Sequence record: PZ445515.1
Length of the DNA: 64,000 nucleotides
From: a phage
Reading direction: 5' to 3' (one strand)
Shown here: positions 1 through 10,341 of the stretch, one piece after another
Numbering within the stretch: the first letter of the stretch is position 1
How the letters are laid out: each line of letters begins with the position of its first letter
Notes under the pieces: model-generated
Databases searched by the model: none
Told to the model about the DNA's origin: nothing
The model's input: the letters and a program-made list of their open reading frames with translations, nothing else
Position numbers and translations under genes: made by a program

Positions 1-747
1 CAGATTATTTGGTAAATTTACTTTAGAACCTTTAACAAATACCAGACGTGAAGCACCCTCCGCCTTAAACGGATCTACTATACCATCAGTAAATAACGGA
101 TCTGCAAAATAATGGAGCTGTACGGAAGAGTAATAAGCTAAGTCGGCAATATCAAAGCCGTACTTTTGTCTACTACTTTCATTGATAGATGTAAATAAGA
201 ATTTGATTTGACCCTGAGTTACTTTAACATTAGATTCTAGTATTAAGTGCATTCGGATACCTGGTTTTAGCCCAGCCGAAGACGATGCATGAGCGATAAA
301 CCCTGCATCAAGAGGAAACATATCCTCACTAATACTATTTAACATCCTAATAATATGTCGAGCCATGCCAACAAGATCAAACTTGTTACAACCACCTGTA
401 TCTACAATACCATCCACGTCCATTGCAATTATATGACTTGGATTAGATACATTAAAGTTGCCCTTCTTACGTCGCACATTATTTTTAGGTGCAAGACATC
501 GACCTCGTACCGCAACGATATGAGGGTCAGACGTTAAACGTCTCATAAGAGGAAGCATTTCTACTAGGGTTTGAGGATCAACTTCATCAATTACATCAAA
601 CTTGAAGGGCATTGAGGCTGGTTTACCTTCAGGATGCTTTGAGGAAAATCTTTTAGCAAAAAGATAGTCTTCTGCTTTAACTTCTCGCCAATTGCCTGTG
701 GCTAAATCGCGATGAAATCCTGCATGACCTTGTAGGATTGAGAACAC
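1..747 (-). CDS. hypothetical protein (partial; 3' end lies beyond window start)
   Basis: Minus-strand frame open across the whole interval; GTG at 747 preceded by AGGAG 7 nt upstream; no family recognised. Confidence 0.45.
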   Translation of the reverse strand, partial: MFSILQGHAGFHRDLATGNWREVKAEDYLFAKRFSSKHPEGKPASMPFKFDVIDEVDPQTLVEMLPLMRRLTSDPHIVAVRGRCLAPKNNVRRKKGNFNVSNPSHIIAMDVDGIVDTGGCNKFDLVGMARHIIRMLNSISEDMFPLDAGFIAHASSSAGLKPGIRMHLILESNVKVTQGQIKFLFTSINESSRQKYGFDIADLAYYSSVQLHYFADPLFTDGIVDPFKAEGASRLVFVKGSKVNLPNNL

Positions 748-1366
748 AACAATACTCCTGTGTTGGAAATAAAATAAGTTTTCTTTAGGACTATTCAGAA
801 AGAATAGAACAACTGTTACTGTCAATTTCTCAACAAATTAATCGCAAATACTGAAGGGGGGTGGCAACTTCCACTTTCACGCTGCGCTGCTGCTTTGCTA
901 TATCGCACAAATCCTTGAGGATGGCCGCTAAGCCAGATTTGCTCACCTAATGCTTCATATACTAGCTCATACTAGATGCAATATAACTTACAGAATCACG
1001 TCTCGGAGTTTTTCACTCCTCCCATCTCACTTCACAACCACCTCATACTAGGTTGCTTCGAGGCCTTACCAGGGTTCCTATGGGACGCAGATCGCTAAGT
1101 ATTCTATTAACTATTTGTTTAAAAACTAACACGTAACAGTTAAAACAACCCTTAATGGGGCAGCCTAACTGTTCCGTATCGCGGATTGTAAACAAGAAAA
1201 ATTAGCAAAATCAATTTTTACTAATGTCTCTCAATTCAATATAAATATTATATCAAGATTTTGGGCATCCTGCAAGTAAAATTTTCCGGATGGTGCTATC
1301 ATTGGTCTTGAGTACGGATAAAACCGAGCCAAAATGACTCGGTAATCAGAGTTCAGCTAATAAAAA

Positions 1367-1759
1367 TCATTCATCATTTAAGCCTGGAACATAAATCCCA
1401 ACACGGTTTAATTGTTCTTTAGCTTCTTTGAGAATATCTGGAGTGTACTCCCAAATATCATCTTCCACCTGTAAAAGATGGGGCGAACAACCATCATCCG
1501 ACACACGACATATGGCCAAACCACGTGGGTGGAACAAAGAGAAATTTAGGGCAACAATTAAACCCATAGCAGACAACTCATTCCAATCCAACTCCCATTC
1601 CCCCGCGTAGCCGGATAGGAAAACACCAACACAGGGATCATCTATTTGCTGCTCCGGAAAAGTGAAGGAGGCTTGTCTTACCCCCAACCAACGTTGTAGC
1701 AGCTTCTCCGCACGTTTCACCAAACTAGGATCAATCTGACGCCAATATACTTGTTCCAT
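1367..1759 (-). CDS. hypothetical protein, paralog of adjacent 1769-2197 gene
   Basis: 130 aa ORF; shares W-x-ELD-x-MGL-x-ALN-x-LF-x-P and C-terminal IPGL motifs with neighbour. Confidence 0.6.
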   Translation of the reverse strand: MEQVYWRQIDPSLVKRAEKLLQRWLGVRQASFTFPEQQIDDPCVGVFLSGYAGEWELDWNELSAMGLIVALNFSLFHPRGLAICRVSDDGCSPHLLQVEDDIWEYTPDILKEAKEQLNRVGIYVPGLNDE

Positions 1760-1768
1760 TCTGCCTCC

Positions 1769-2197
1769 TTAAGCAGTTAAACCTGGGATCATATACCCGA
1801 AACGTCGAAGTTTCTGAATCCCCTCATTTACTTCTTCCGGTGAGTAAGACCAACCATAACGTTCATTAACCTGAAAACCAGGAGATTCACTAGTTTTATA
1901 GTTAACAACAAGGCGATGCTTAGCAGGCATAAACAGCTTATAATTTAACGCAAAAACTAAGCCCATTTCGTCTAACTCTTTCCAGCCCACAATCTCTTCA
2001 AGACCATCCTCTACCTGCACAATTAAACCAATACAGGGGGCCTCATCAATATCATCTTTAAAAGCAAAGGAGATTTCGTTATTCTCACACCATATTTTCA
2101 AGGAGTTAATAGCCTCATTATACAGGCTAGCCGGTAGAGTACGCCAAAAGTTAACCAAAATTGGGTTAGCTTCTTTAGAGAATACATTATTGAACAT
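1769..2197 (-). CDS. hypothetical protein, paralog of adjacent 1367-1759 gene
   Basis: 142 aa ORF; tandem duplicate of upstream gene by shared motifs. Confidence 0.6.
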   Translation of the reverse strand: MFNNVFSKEANPILVNFWRTLPASLYNEAINSLKIWCENNEISFAFKDDIDEAPCIGLIVQVEDGLEEIVGWKELDEMGLVFALNYKLFMPAKHRLVVNYKTSESPGFQVNERYGWSYSPEEVNEGIQKLRRFGYMIPGLTA

Positions 2198-2199
2198 AT

Positions 2200-2706
2200 T
2201 TACACCTTAAATTGTTGTAGGGCTTTACACATTTCAAGATCTGGACTAAATTCTAGCATATAGCTAACAGCCATTAAATCTTGAAGATTTATTCCAGTTC
2301 TACCGTTGACTATAACCGTTGGATACTGGTACATCATAGCACCAGCGTCATCCAGAACACACCAATGTTTGAGCTTATGCTTTTCAACGAAGCGAAGAAC
2401 AGAATTACCCCTAGATAATCCACCCCCAGTAAAATCCGTTGTACCAAGAAAACGATCGATAAGACCTAATCCGGTCATAATCTGAACGTTCTCCATCTCA
2501 TTCCTGACAGAGAACCATGAGGATACTCCAACAATCATTATCGGAGAAGGACGAATAAAGTCCTGAAAAGCCTTGAGAAGCGGTTTGAAAACCCAATCAC
2601 TTCCAAAGAAAATCTTTTCGTCATCAGGTGCATGATGGTGGGAGATGCTCGAATTGAGCACCCCATCAATATCTAGAAAAATAATTGGAGTATTACTTAT
2701 TTCCAT
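2200..2706 (-). CDS. HAD-superfamily phosphatase-like protein
   Basis: 168 aa; HAD motif I FLDIDGVL near N-terminus and VLDDAG motif IV-like. Confidence 0.5.
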   Translation of the reverse strand: MEISNTPIIFLDIDGVLNSSISHHHAPDDEKIFFGSDWVFKPLLKAFQDFIRPSPIMIVGVSSWFSVRNEMENVQIMTGLGLIDRFLGTTDFTGGGLSRGNSVLRFVEKHKLKHWCVLDDAGAMMYQYPTVIVNGRTGINLQDLMAVSYMLEFSPDLEMCKALQQFKV

Positions 2707-2902
2707 TTTTGTTCCTTTCTAAGAACGTATCATACTCAACCGTATCAACATATATAACACCATAGTCATCGGATTTATAGTCCATCTCCCACAGCTCACA
2801 GCGATAGCACCAACTACCATCCGCCCATACAAATATATCATCGGGGTGTGTATATACAGATTTAACTATGGACATATCTGTTTCCCTTGCTTCTCGACAC
2901 AT
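2693..2902 (-). CDS. hypothetical small protein
   Basis: 69 aa ORF bridging HAD and Sir2 genes with short overlaps. Confidence 0.3.
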   Translation of the reverse strand: MCREARETDMSIVKSVYTHPDDIFVWADGSWCYRCELWEMDYKSDDYGVIYVDTVEYDTFLERNKNGNK

Positions 2903-3698
2903 AAGGTCTACCCTCTAAATGAGCTTCTACACGAGCAATAAAATCAGGGTCACTGAAAGCATCTACCGCACCTTTACTCCAGTAAGGGATACCGCGTTCC
3001 TCCAGCTGGTACATCTCACTACGAGTCATACCTTGATAGCCCGGTTCCGCTGCGAGGGCACTATCATAGTAGTTAACAACCATAAGTTTCGCAGCAGTCA
3101 AACTAAGAACAGGAAATAATTCCCAGTAGAAGTTAATTACTTGGTTAGAGCAACCAACCACAATGATCATATCTTGACTGGTAATACCATCAAAAACATT
3201 ATACATTTCTGCGTATGCAGGAGCATGCTCTCCAAAGAAGATTACATTAGGTTTAACCCATTTATAATCATCTGGATCAATAGAATTGTATCCTACATCA
3301 ATAATCCGTTTATTGCTACTATTGTAGCTATCAGCTACAACAACCTCTTTTAAATATCCGTGAATATGCAGAATGTCACTATGTGGAACGCCAGCACGCT
3401 CAATAAGGTCATCAACGTTGGTAGTCAAGTTTACTATTTGACCTGGATATTGTTTATACCATTCACCAATACGCAAATGCGCAAGATTGGGTTCAACAGT
3501 TTTTAGCTCTTCACGACGCTTGTTGTAAAACATATGGGTTTTATGATAAAAATTACCACGAAAGGCATGAATATTACATACTTCTTCTAGATCATAGTCA
3601 TCCCACAATGCTTTACCACTAGCAGTATCAGTACGGAAGGCTCGTACACCACTTTCAACACTCAAACCTGCACCACTAATAATAATTAATCTACGCAT
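2862..3698 (-). CDS. Sir2-family (sirtuin-like) NAD-binding protein
   Basis: 278 aa; N-terminal GAGLSVESGVRAFR matches sirtuin GAGIS-SGIP-FR motif, later HIHG; no Zn CxxC pairs seen. Confidence 0.6.
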   Translation of the reverse strand: MRRLIIISGAGLSVESGVRAFRTDTASGKALWDDYDLEEVCNIHAFRGNFYHKTHMFYNKRREELKTVEPNLAHLRIGEWYKQYPGQIVNLTTNVDDLIERAGVPHSDILHIHGYLKEVVVADSYNSSNKRIIDVGYNSIDPDDYKWVKPNVIFFGEHAPAYAEMYNVFDGITSQDMIIVVGCSNQVINFYWELFPVLSLTAAKLMVVNYYDSALAAEPGYQGMTRSEMYQLEERGIPYWSKGAVDAFSDPDFIARVEAHLEGRPYVSRSKGNRYVHS

Positions 3699-3912
3699 TT
3701 TTCACCTGTTCTCTGAAGTTTTGCCCAATACTGTCTAATAGCTCAGCTAATTCTTTATTGCCTTTCTCCATTAAGGTATTAGCAATAACTTCTAGCATAG
3801 TAGCGCAGGATTCAACACCATCCTTATAGCCAGTTTCCCAGTGCTGCATTAATGCGTTTTCCAAAGCAGCGTTTAAACCCTTATCTGGTAGCATCGGCTT
3901 CGAGAATGCCAT
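3691..3912 (-). CDS. hypothetical protein
   Basis: 73 aa ORF in operon-like array, start/stop overlap with neighbours. Confidence 0.45.
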   Translation of the reverse strand: MAFSKPMLPDKGLNAALENALMQHWETGYKDGVESCATMLEVIANTLMEKGNKELAELLDSIGQNFREQVKNA

Positions 3913-4105
3913 AAAGTTTCTCCTCTAGTTCCATGATACGATTTTCATAAGAGGCACGCAACTTTTCAATTGCCAGCGCACGCACTGTAACCTCATTAGA
4001 ATTAATAGCTAATTGGGCCAGATCTTCCGTTTCCATACGTCCGTTGTAAATTAAGCGATATTTAAGGTGTTTTACATTCTTAGTCATTATTAAACTCCAC
4101 TGCAA
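3881..4105 (-). CDS. hypothetical protein
   Basis: 74 aa ORF, coiled-coil-like, overlaps neighbours. Confidence 0.45.
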   Translation of the reverse strand: MQWSLIMTKNVKHLKYRLIYNGRMETEDLAQLAINSNEVTVRALAIEKLRASYENRIMELEEKLYGILEADATR

Positions 4106-4460
4106 CTGTTTCTAGGTCTTCGTCAGAAAAACTAGAGTATATATCTTTAAGATACTGTTTAATACTCCAAGTAATATCTTCGTACCCATTGGGGCTACGT
4201 TGGTATACTTTTAACACTCTATTATACACAAATTCAAGATTACATTTTACTTCATCTCTGTCTTCATCAAACAAGCAATATGGATTATAAGGTGATACAT
4301 CTAGATTTGTTCCCACCCAATCGCCAATAATGGTAGGGTATGCAACACCCTCTATATGCGAGTAATCACCTGTGGCAGCAAAGACAGCCTCAGCAATATC
4401 ATCCACACCCAGATGGAAACCACCACAAGTAGATTCAACTATATAGGGCTTTAATTCCAT
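4080..4460 (-). CDS. hypothetical protein
   Basis: 126 aa ORF downstream of nrdD; no radical-SAM CxxxCxxC so not NrdG. Confidence 0.5.
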   Translation of the reverse strand: MELKPYIVESTCGGFHLGVDDIAEAVFAATGDYSHIEGVAYPTIIGDWVGTNLDVSPYNPYCLFDEDRDEVKCNLEFVYNRVLKVYQRSPNGYEDITWSIKQYLKDIYSSFSDEDLETVAVEFNND

Positions 4461-4528
4461 ATCTTTCTCCTCTCAAATTTATAAATCTATTATATATAAA
4501 TTTTTGGCTGAAAGCAAATAAAATAAAA

Positions 4529-4553
4529 GCCAGGTCGACTAGCAACCCGGCTG
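4529..4553 (-). terminator. putative rho-independent terminator after nrdD
   Basis: Imperfect hairpin agccagg/cccggct followed on minus strand by T-run. Confidence 0.35.
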
Positions 4554-4559
4554 ATTAGC

Positions 4560-6434
4560 TTATTTAGCTCGAATATCCTGATGTTTCACCCTGCCCATAA
4601 CCTCATGCTGTTTGCCTGGGTTAAATGGACGAGCACCTGGATTTCCAAGATACCCACAAACTCGACGAGTTACTTCAAGAGTTTCGGGGTCGTGATTACC
4701 ACAGATAGGGCACTTAAACCCGTCTTCGGATGCTATTGTTTCACCTAAGAATCCACATTTACCACAAGAATCTACTGGAGTATTAATACCGAAGTAATGA
4801 ACCTTACTAGCAGCATAATTAATAACCCATTCCAGTGCATCTGGGAATCGTTTCATATCCGGTAGTTCTACATAGGAAATACATCCACCAGAAGCAATAG
4901 GAGTAAAGTTAGATTCATAATCAAATTTCACATTGGGAGCAACTTTACGTTCTACATCAAGGTGGTGCGAGTTAGTGTAGTATCCTTTAGACAGAATATC
5001 TTCATGCTCTGGGAAATATTCACGGTCTAGACGACAAAAACGGTCACATAGGGATTCTGATGGTGTAGCATACAGGCTATAACCTAACTTAGTTTCTTCC
5101 TTCTTCTGATCGACTCTATCCCGCATGTACTGCAATACACGCTGAACAAACTTGATGCAGGTCTCGGACATTGTGTCTACATCTTTGCCAAACATGAACT
5201 GTAGCATTTCATGGCAACCAATATACCCTAGAGATACAGAAGCACGGTTATAGAAATGATCGAATACATATTCATCAGGCTCCAAGCGCAGTCCAAAGGC
5301 TCCTGACATATAGAGGATGGGCGCAGCTTTAGCTTGAATGTATTTTAAGCGATCAACTCTCCACTCCAATGCTTTTAACGCTGTATCCACACGTAGCTCA
5401 AGTAAATCAAAGAATAGGTCAATATTTCCTTCAGCTTCGATAGCAATTCTAGGCAAGTTTACAGAAACAACACCTAAGTTATTACGACCGGCAGTTTCAC
5501 CATCTTCTGTAGCAGCTAAGAATGAACGGCAGCCCATAGAAACTTTATAGTCACCAGTAACTTCCACAACCTTATCATAGCTGATATAATCTGGATACAT
5601 ACGTTCAGCAGTACATTTCATAGCTAACTTCTTGATGTCATAATTAACATCTCCTGGTTTCATGTTAACGCCATCACGAAGTACAAATACCAGTTTCGGG
5701 AAGATAGCTGTACGTTTATTGATACCTAAGCCATCCATGCGTACTTTCAGTATTGCTTTCTGTACTAGACGTGCTTCCCAAGAAGTTCCTAGACCAAAAC
5801 CAAAGGTAATAAATGGACTCTGACCATTAGAGTTGAACATGGTATTGATTTCATATTCTAGACCCTGACAGGCATCATAAACTTCTTTTTCAGTCATCTC
5901 CGTAGCCATTACTGATGCTTTGGCCTCATCTTTAGTCCAACGTTTTGCAAACGCATGATTTTTGTCATAGGATTTACGAACATAAGGAGCTAATACTTCA
6001 TCAAGGCGATCCACGGAAGTACCACCATACTGATGGGAGCTAACCTGTGTGATAATCTGAGCTGTAATAGCTGCCGCAGTAGTGATAGAGTTTGGAGTGC
6101 TAATTTCAGCATTACCAACCTTCATACCATTCTTCAACATATCTTCCAGAGCTACCAGACAACAATTAGTCATGCCTAATGCAGCATAATCAGCATCATG
6201 GAAATGAATATCCCCAATCATATGAGCATTTCGAATCTGAATTGGCATTTCTTCTAGAATCAGATACTTACTCAATTCACCTGCAAGCATATCCCTCTGT
6301 GTAGGGAAACGTTCTGAGGGTTTATTGGCATTATTAAACAGCAGCTCTTCATCTGCTGACCCTTCGATAATCTCTTTGCAGTTTCTAATTAACGCCTGCA
6401 TTTCTTTATACTTTAGTTCTTCATTGCGATTCAT
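4560..6434 (-). CDS. nrdD: anaerobic ribonucleoside-triphosphate reductase (class III)
   Basis: 624 aa; C-terminal glycyl-radical motif RVCGYLG, Cys-rich C-terminus, overall NrdD-like. Confidence 0.9.
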   Translation of the reverse strand: MNRNEELKYKEMQALIRNCKEIIEGSADEELLFNNANKPSERFPTQRDMLAGELSKYLILEEMPIQIRNAHMIGDIHFHDADYAALGMTNCCLVALEDMLKNGMKVGNAEISTPNSITTAAAITAQIITQVSSHQYGGTSVDRLDEVLAPYVRKSYDKNHAFAKRWTKDEAKASVMATEMTEKEVYDACQGLEYEINTMFNSNGQSPFITFGFGLGTSWEARLVQKAILKVRMDGLGINKRTAIFPKLVFVLRDGVNMKPGDVNYDIKKLAMKCTAERMYPDYISYDKVVEVTGDYKVSMGCRSFLAATEDGETAGRNNLGVVSVNLPRIAIEAEGNIDLFFDLLELRVDTALKALEWRVDRLKYIQAKAAPILYMSGAFGLRLEPDEYVFDHFYNRASVSLGYIGCHEMLQFMFGKDVDTMSETCIKFVQRVLQYMRDRVDQKKEETKLGYSLYATPSESLCDRFCRLDREYFPEHEDILSKGYYTNSHHLDVERKVAPNVKFDYESNFTPIASGGCISYVELPDMKRFPDALEWVINYAASKVHYFGINTPVDSCGKCGFLGETIASEDGFKCPICGNHDPETLEVTRRVCGYLGNPGARPFNPGKQHEVMGRVKHQDIRAK

Positions 6435-6684
6435 TATACTCTCCTTCTCTAACTAAGACTACTATTATAACTCATTCGAGGGCGGATGTCAACAATATTT
6501 TACTATAAAGTTCTGTAACATGATCTGAGTCAAAAAATTTTATTTGCCAATCTCTATTAAAAATTGTATAATCACGCACTCGTGCACGCGATATAAAATG
6601 ATTATCTAGTATCACACATCTCACGTTAAAAGCAAGCAAATTTTTTATTTAAATGCAATATCATAGGCTTATTTAAAATTGTAG

Positions 6685-6713
6685 TTGCTTTTTACTGTAT
6701 ATATTGGTATAAT
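6685..6713 (+). promoter_or_regulatory. sigma70-type early promoter
   Basis: TTGCTT -35, 17 bp spacer, TATAAT -10. Confidence 0.55.
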
Positions 6714-6786
6714 ATATTTGTAAGTTGATAAACAAGATCTTTTTGTTGATCCTCTGTTAGCGAAGTACACTATAGGAGTGTTATTT

Positions 6787-7539
6787 ATGGGAAAAGCACG
6801 TCAAAAAAGAGAGAACCGCAATGGTTCAAGAAAGCGTGGCAACAAGTATGAGAATAACGTAATTCAGGCTGATTTTTCTAATGATTACGCTAACCCAGTT
6901 GCTAAATCCCTAGTAGGTAAAAACCGCGAGCAAAAATCATATATCAATATGATCAAGAACAACACAGTGACTGTGGGCATCGGTGAGCCAGGTACTGGTA
7001 AAACCTTTATTCCGTCCGTTCTTGCAGCTCAGGAACTCGTAGACATTCACTCAGATATTGAGCAAGTGATCCTCGTACGTCCTAATGAACCTCTAGGTAA
7101 GTCTCTTGGTATGCTTCCTGGTGATCTAGCAGAAAAGCTAGAGCCTTGGTTGGAGCCAATAGCTGATGGTATGAAATGGGCCATCGGCGATCATGCCTAT
7201 AAGGGATATGTCGAACGTCAGAAAATTAAATTTTTGGCTGTCGAACATGCTCGTGGCAGAACTTTCAACAACTCCTATGTAATTGTCGATGAAGCTCAGA
7301 ATATTTCCGTTGAGGCAATGATTTGTCTTCTAACTCGTGTAGGGCAAGACTGCCGTTTAATTATCTGCGGAGATATAGCTCAGAAAGACATTAAAGGTGA
7401 CTCAGGTCTAGCACTCCTTATGGAAGTCTATGAGAAATACGAAAATGCCCCATTCTCAATGATCGAATTGATTGATAACGTTCGTTCTGTTGAGTCTAAA
7501 GCATTCTATGACATCTTTAAAGACATGGGGAAGGTGTAA
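6787..7539 (+). CDS. phoH: PhoH-like ATPase
   Basis: Walker A GEPGTGKTF and DEAQN Walker B; ATG at 6787 after GGAG. Confidence 0.85.
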   Translation: MGKARQKRENRNGSRKRGNKYENNVIQADFSNDYANPVAKSLVGKNREQKSYINMIKNNTVTVGIGEPGTGKTFIPSVLAAQELVDIHSDIEQVILVRPNEPLGKSLGMLPGDLAEKLEPWLEPIADGMKWAIGDHAYKGYVERQKIKFLAVEHARGRTFNNSYVIVDEAQNISVEAMICLLTRVGQDCRLIICGDIAQKDIKGDSGLALLMEVYEKYENAPFSMIELIDNVRSVESKAFYDIFKDMGKV

Positions 7540-7540
7540 T

Positions 7541-7762
7541 ATGGGAAACGTCGTTCATCTGAGCCGTAAAACTAAAATACATCGTACTTCACTGAGTGCT
7601 GCTAATATGATTACACGTAAGGAAGGGGAAGAAAGTCCTAAGACAACCCTAGCGTGGAAAATTGTAACCTCAAATCCAAATAAACCATTCAATTATAACG
7701 AGTTGAGCACCTCCATAGATATTCTATTAAAAGAAGTAGCTAGAACTAAAGTAATTGAATAA
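7541..7762 (+). CDS. hypothetical protein
   Basis: 73 aa ORF, ATG immediately after phoH stop. Confidence 0.45.
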   Translation: MGNVVHLSRKTKIHRTSLSAANMITRKEGEESPKTTLAWKIVTSNPNKPFNYNELSTSIDILLKEVARTKVIE

Positions 7763-7904
7763 GCTAAAAAGCTAGACTGGTAATATACAGGGCCTGGGTA
7801 TGAAAATACTCGGGCCTTTTCTATCAGAAAATTTTATTTGCCTAATGACCGATAATAAAGTAGAATATTCCTTAAATCCTGATAACTATAAAAAGGAAAG
7901 CCAA

Positions 7905-10235
7905 ATGAGCCATCGCATTGAAAAAGTAATTAAACGTGACGGTACTGTAGAAGACTTTGCTCCTGAAAAAATCAATGGTTGGGCAGAGTATGGTTGCAAA
8001 ACAGTTGATGTAAGCTGGTCAGCCATTACTATGGCTGCTCAAAAAACTCTGCCTAAAGGGGTTGTAGATTCCGACACTCTGATGGATGCATTAATTAAAG
8101 CTGCTGAAAGTCTTATTAAAGATAATCCAGCATACGATGTGCCAGCAAAGGAATTACGTCTTGCGCAAATGCGTAAACGCCTTTATGACTCTTTCGAACC
8201 ACCTTCTTTACGCTTCTTCCATGACCACATGGTTAGCGTAGGTGCATGGGAAGACATGAGTGCATGGATTACCGATGAGCAATTTGAAGCTCTGAATCAG
8301 GTTATCGACCATGATCGTGACCGTCTTTTTACTAGTGGTGGGCTGAAGCAGTTCTTTGATAAGTATTCCCGTCGTAATATAGCCACTGGTGAAATTTATG
8401 AAACCCCGCAATTCGCCTACATGGGTATGGCAATGGCGATGTTATCTCAACCTAACTGGACAATTCTAGATGCAATCGACCTCTACAACGCAATGTCGCT
8501 CCACAAAATCAACGTTCCTACGCCGCCACTGGTTGGTCTGCGCTCTAGTGACCGTGGATTTGCTAGTTGCTGTCTCGTGGATTCCACTGACACGTTGGAT
8601 TCAATCGACACCGCCGAGCACATCGTCTTCAAAATGGTCGCAGCCAGAGCGGGAATCGGGTATCATCTTGAAAGCCGATCAATTGCTGATCCGGTGCGAA
8701 ATGGGGCATTCCCGCATTCCGGAAAACTGCCGTATTATCGACACATTGACCGCTCAGTAAAGGCCAATACTCAGCAAACTCGTGGTGGTTCTGCTACAGT
8801 GTCTTATCCATACTTCGACCCTGAAATCATTCAATTGATGCAGGTTAAGCAACAACGTGCTACAGATGAGAATAAAATCGATAAGATGGATTATTCTCTG
8901 AGCTTTAACAATCTTTTGTTAAAACGTTATCTTAAAAACGAAGATATTACGCTAATGTCATACTTCTATGCTCCAGAAGTTCATGAAGCGTTTTATAGTG
9001 ATGACGAGGCTAAATTTGAAGAAATCTACGTGGCAGCGGAGAAACGTGTGGCATCTCTTACAAAGATCGACCACGAAGGAAAAACAGTTCCTGCAGCTCC
9101 TAAAGTCTCTGCAAAAGAAATCCTAGATACTTGGCTACGTATCCGAATGGAAACAGGACGTATGTATGCTCACCACATTGGGGAATCTAATCGTCACGGT
9201 AACTTCCTTGATCCGATCCGTATGACAAACCTTTGTGTTGAAATTACTCAGCCTACACGCCCGTTCCATCACATTACAGAGCTGTACAAGACAAAAGAGC
9301 AGCTTGATCAAATGAAGCCGGAGGATATTGGTGAAGTATCTCTGTGTAACTTAGGTGGTGTTGTACTTGGACGCATGGAATCTCTGGCTGAGTGGGAAAA
9401 AACTTGCTACATCCTTCTGAAATTCGTTGATACAATTATTGAAATTCAGGATTATCCGTTCCCAACTATGGAATATACGGCTAAGAAACGTCGTAATGTC
9501 GGTATTGGCCTAATGAACGCAGCAGGTGCAATGGCAGCAGAAGGTCTGGCTTACGAAGGTATTGAAGCTCGTAACTGGATCCACCGTGAGGCTGAAAAAC
9601 TGTCTTACTTCCTGCATAAAGCCTCTGTACGCCTGGCTAAGGAACAGGGTGCATGTGAGTGGTTTGATCGTACTAAACCATCTAAAGGAATTCTGGTAAT
9701 CGACACGTACAAGAAAACTGTTGATGAGCTGGTATCCGTAGGTCTAGAAATGGACTGGGAGTCTCTGCGTGCAGATATTCTGAAATATGGTATGCGTAAC
9801 TCTGTTCTGACTGCTCAGATGCCGGGAGAAAGTTCTTCTGTTCTGTTAGGTGTTACTAACTCTATCGAACCACCTCGTAAGATTGTATCTATCAAGGGTA
9901 GTGCAGTAAATAAAGTAATTGCAATTGCTCCAGGTGCAACCGATTGGGAAACGTTAATGAGCTATAAATTGGCTTATGATGTAGATCGTATCGAGTGGAT
10001 CAAATGGGTAGCAACTATGCAGAAATTCTTCAGCCAGTCTGTTAGTACTAATATGTACTACGACTACACCAAGTTTGAGAATGAAATTATTCCTGGCCCA
10101 GTAGTAGTTCGTGATTTCATGACTGCTGTTAAATACGGGTGGAAAACTTGGTATTATGCTAACTTCAACACCGCAAATGGTGGTGGTGCTGGAGAAGAAG
10201 CAGCTGGTTGTGCATCAGGCGGTTGTACTATTTAA
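7905..10235 (+). CDS. nrdA: ribonucleotide reductase class I large subunit
   Basis: 776 aa from ATG 7905; N-terminal ATP-cone (VIKRDGTVEDF), C-terminal CxxGGC tail. Confidence 0.9.
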   Translation: MSHRIEKVIKRDGTVEDFAPEKINGWAEYGCKTVDVSWSAITMAAQKTLPKGVVDSDTLMDALIKAAESLIKDNPAYDVPAKELRLAQMRKRLYDSFEPPSLRFFHDHMVSVGAWEDMSAWITDEQFEALNQVIDHDRDRLFTSGGLKQFFDKYSRRNIATGEIYETPQFAYMGMAMAMLSQPNWTILDAIDLYNAMSLHKINVPTPPLVGLRSSDRGFASCCLVDSTDTLDSIDTAEHIVFKMVAARAGIGYHLESRSIADPVRNGAFPHSGKLPYYRHIDRSVKANTQQTRGGSATVSYPYFDPEIIQLMQVKQQRATDENKIDKMDYSLSFNNLLLKRYLKNEDITLMSYFYAPEVHEAFYSDDEAKFEEIYVAAEKRVASLTKIDHEGKTVPAAPKVSAKEILDTWLRIRMETGRMYAHHIGESNRHGNFLDPIRMTNLCVEITQPTRPFHHITELYKTKEQLDQMKPEDIGEVSLCNLGGVVLGRMESLAEWEKTCYILLKFVDTIIEIQDYPFPTMEYTAKKRRNVGIGLMNAAGAMAAEGLAYEGIEARNWIHREAEKLSYFLHKASVRLAKEQGACEWFDRTKPSKGILVIDTYKKTVDELVSVGLEMDWESLRADILKYGMRNSVLTAQMPGESSSVLLGVTNSIEPPRKIVSIKGSAVNKVIAIAPGATDWETLMSYKLAYDVDRIEWIKWVATMQKFFSQSVSTNMYYDYTKFENEIIPGPVVVRDFMTAVKYGWKTWYYANFNTANGGGAGEEAAGCASGGCTI

Positions 10236-10243
10236 TAAAAACA

Positions 10244-10268
10244 AGGAGATCTTCGGGTCTCCTTTTTC
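10244..10268 (+). terminator. rho-independent terminator
   Basis: Hairpin aggagatc-ttcg-ggtctcct then TTTTTC. Confidence 0.7.
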
Positions 10269-10281
10269 TTTGAAATTTTAC

Positions 10282-10310
10282 TTGCTAATCGCTACCAGAT
10301 TTGCTATAAT
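10282..10310 (+). promoter_or_regulatory. T5-type early promoter
   Basis: TTGCTA -35, 17 bp, TATAAT -10. Confidence 0.6.
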
Positions 10311-10341
10311 ATTCCTGAAATAGTGAGAAAGAGGAAAATCA

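Noticed and set aside
5338-5550. 70-aa plus-strand ORF
   Set aside because: Antisense within nrdD
8208-8760. ORFs 8208-8411 (minus) and 8470-8760 (plus) inside nrdA
   Set aside because: Embedded in the well-supported nrdA reading frame
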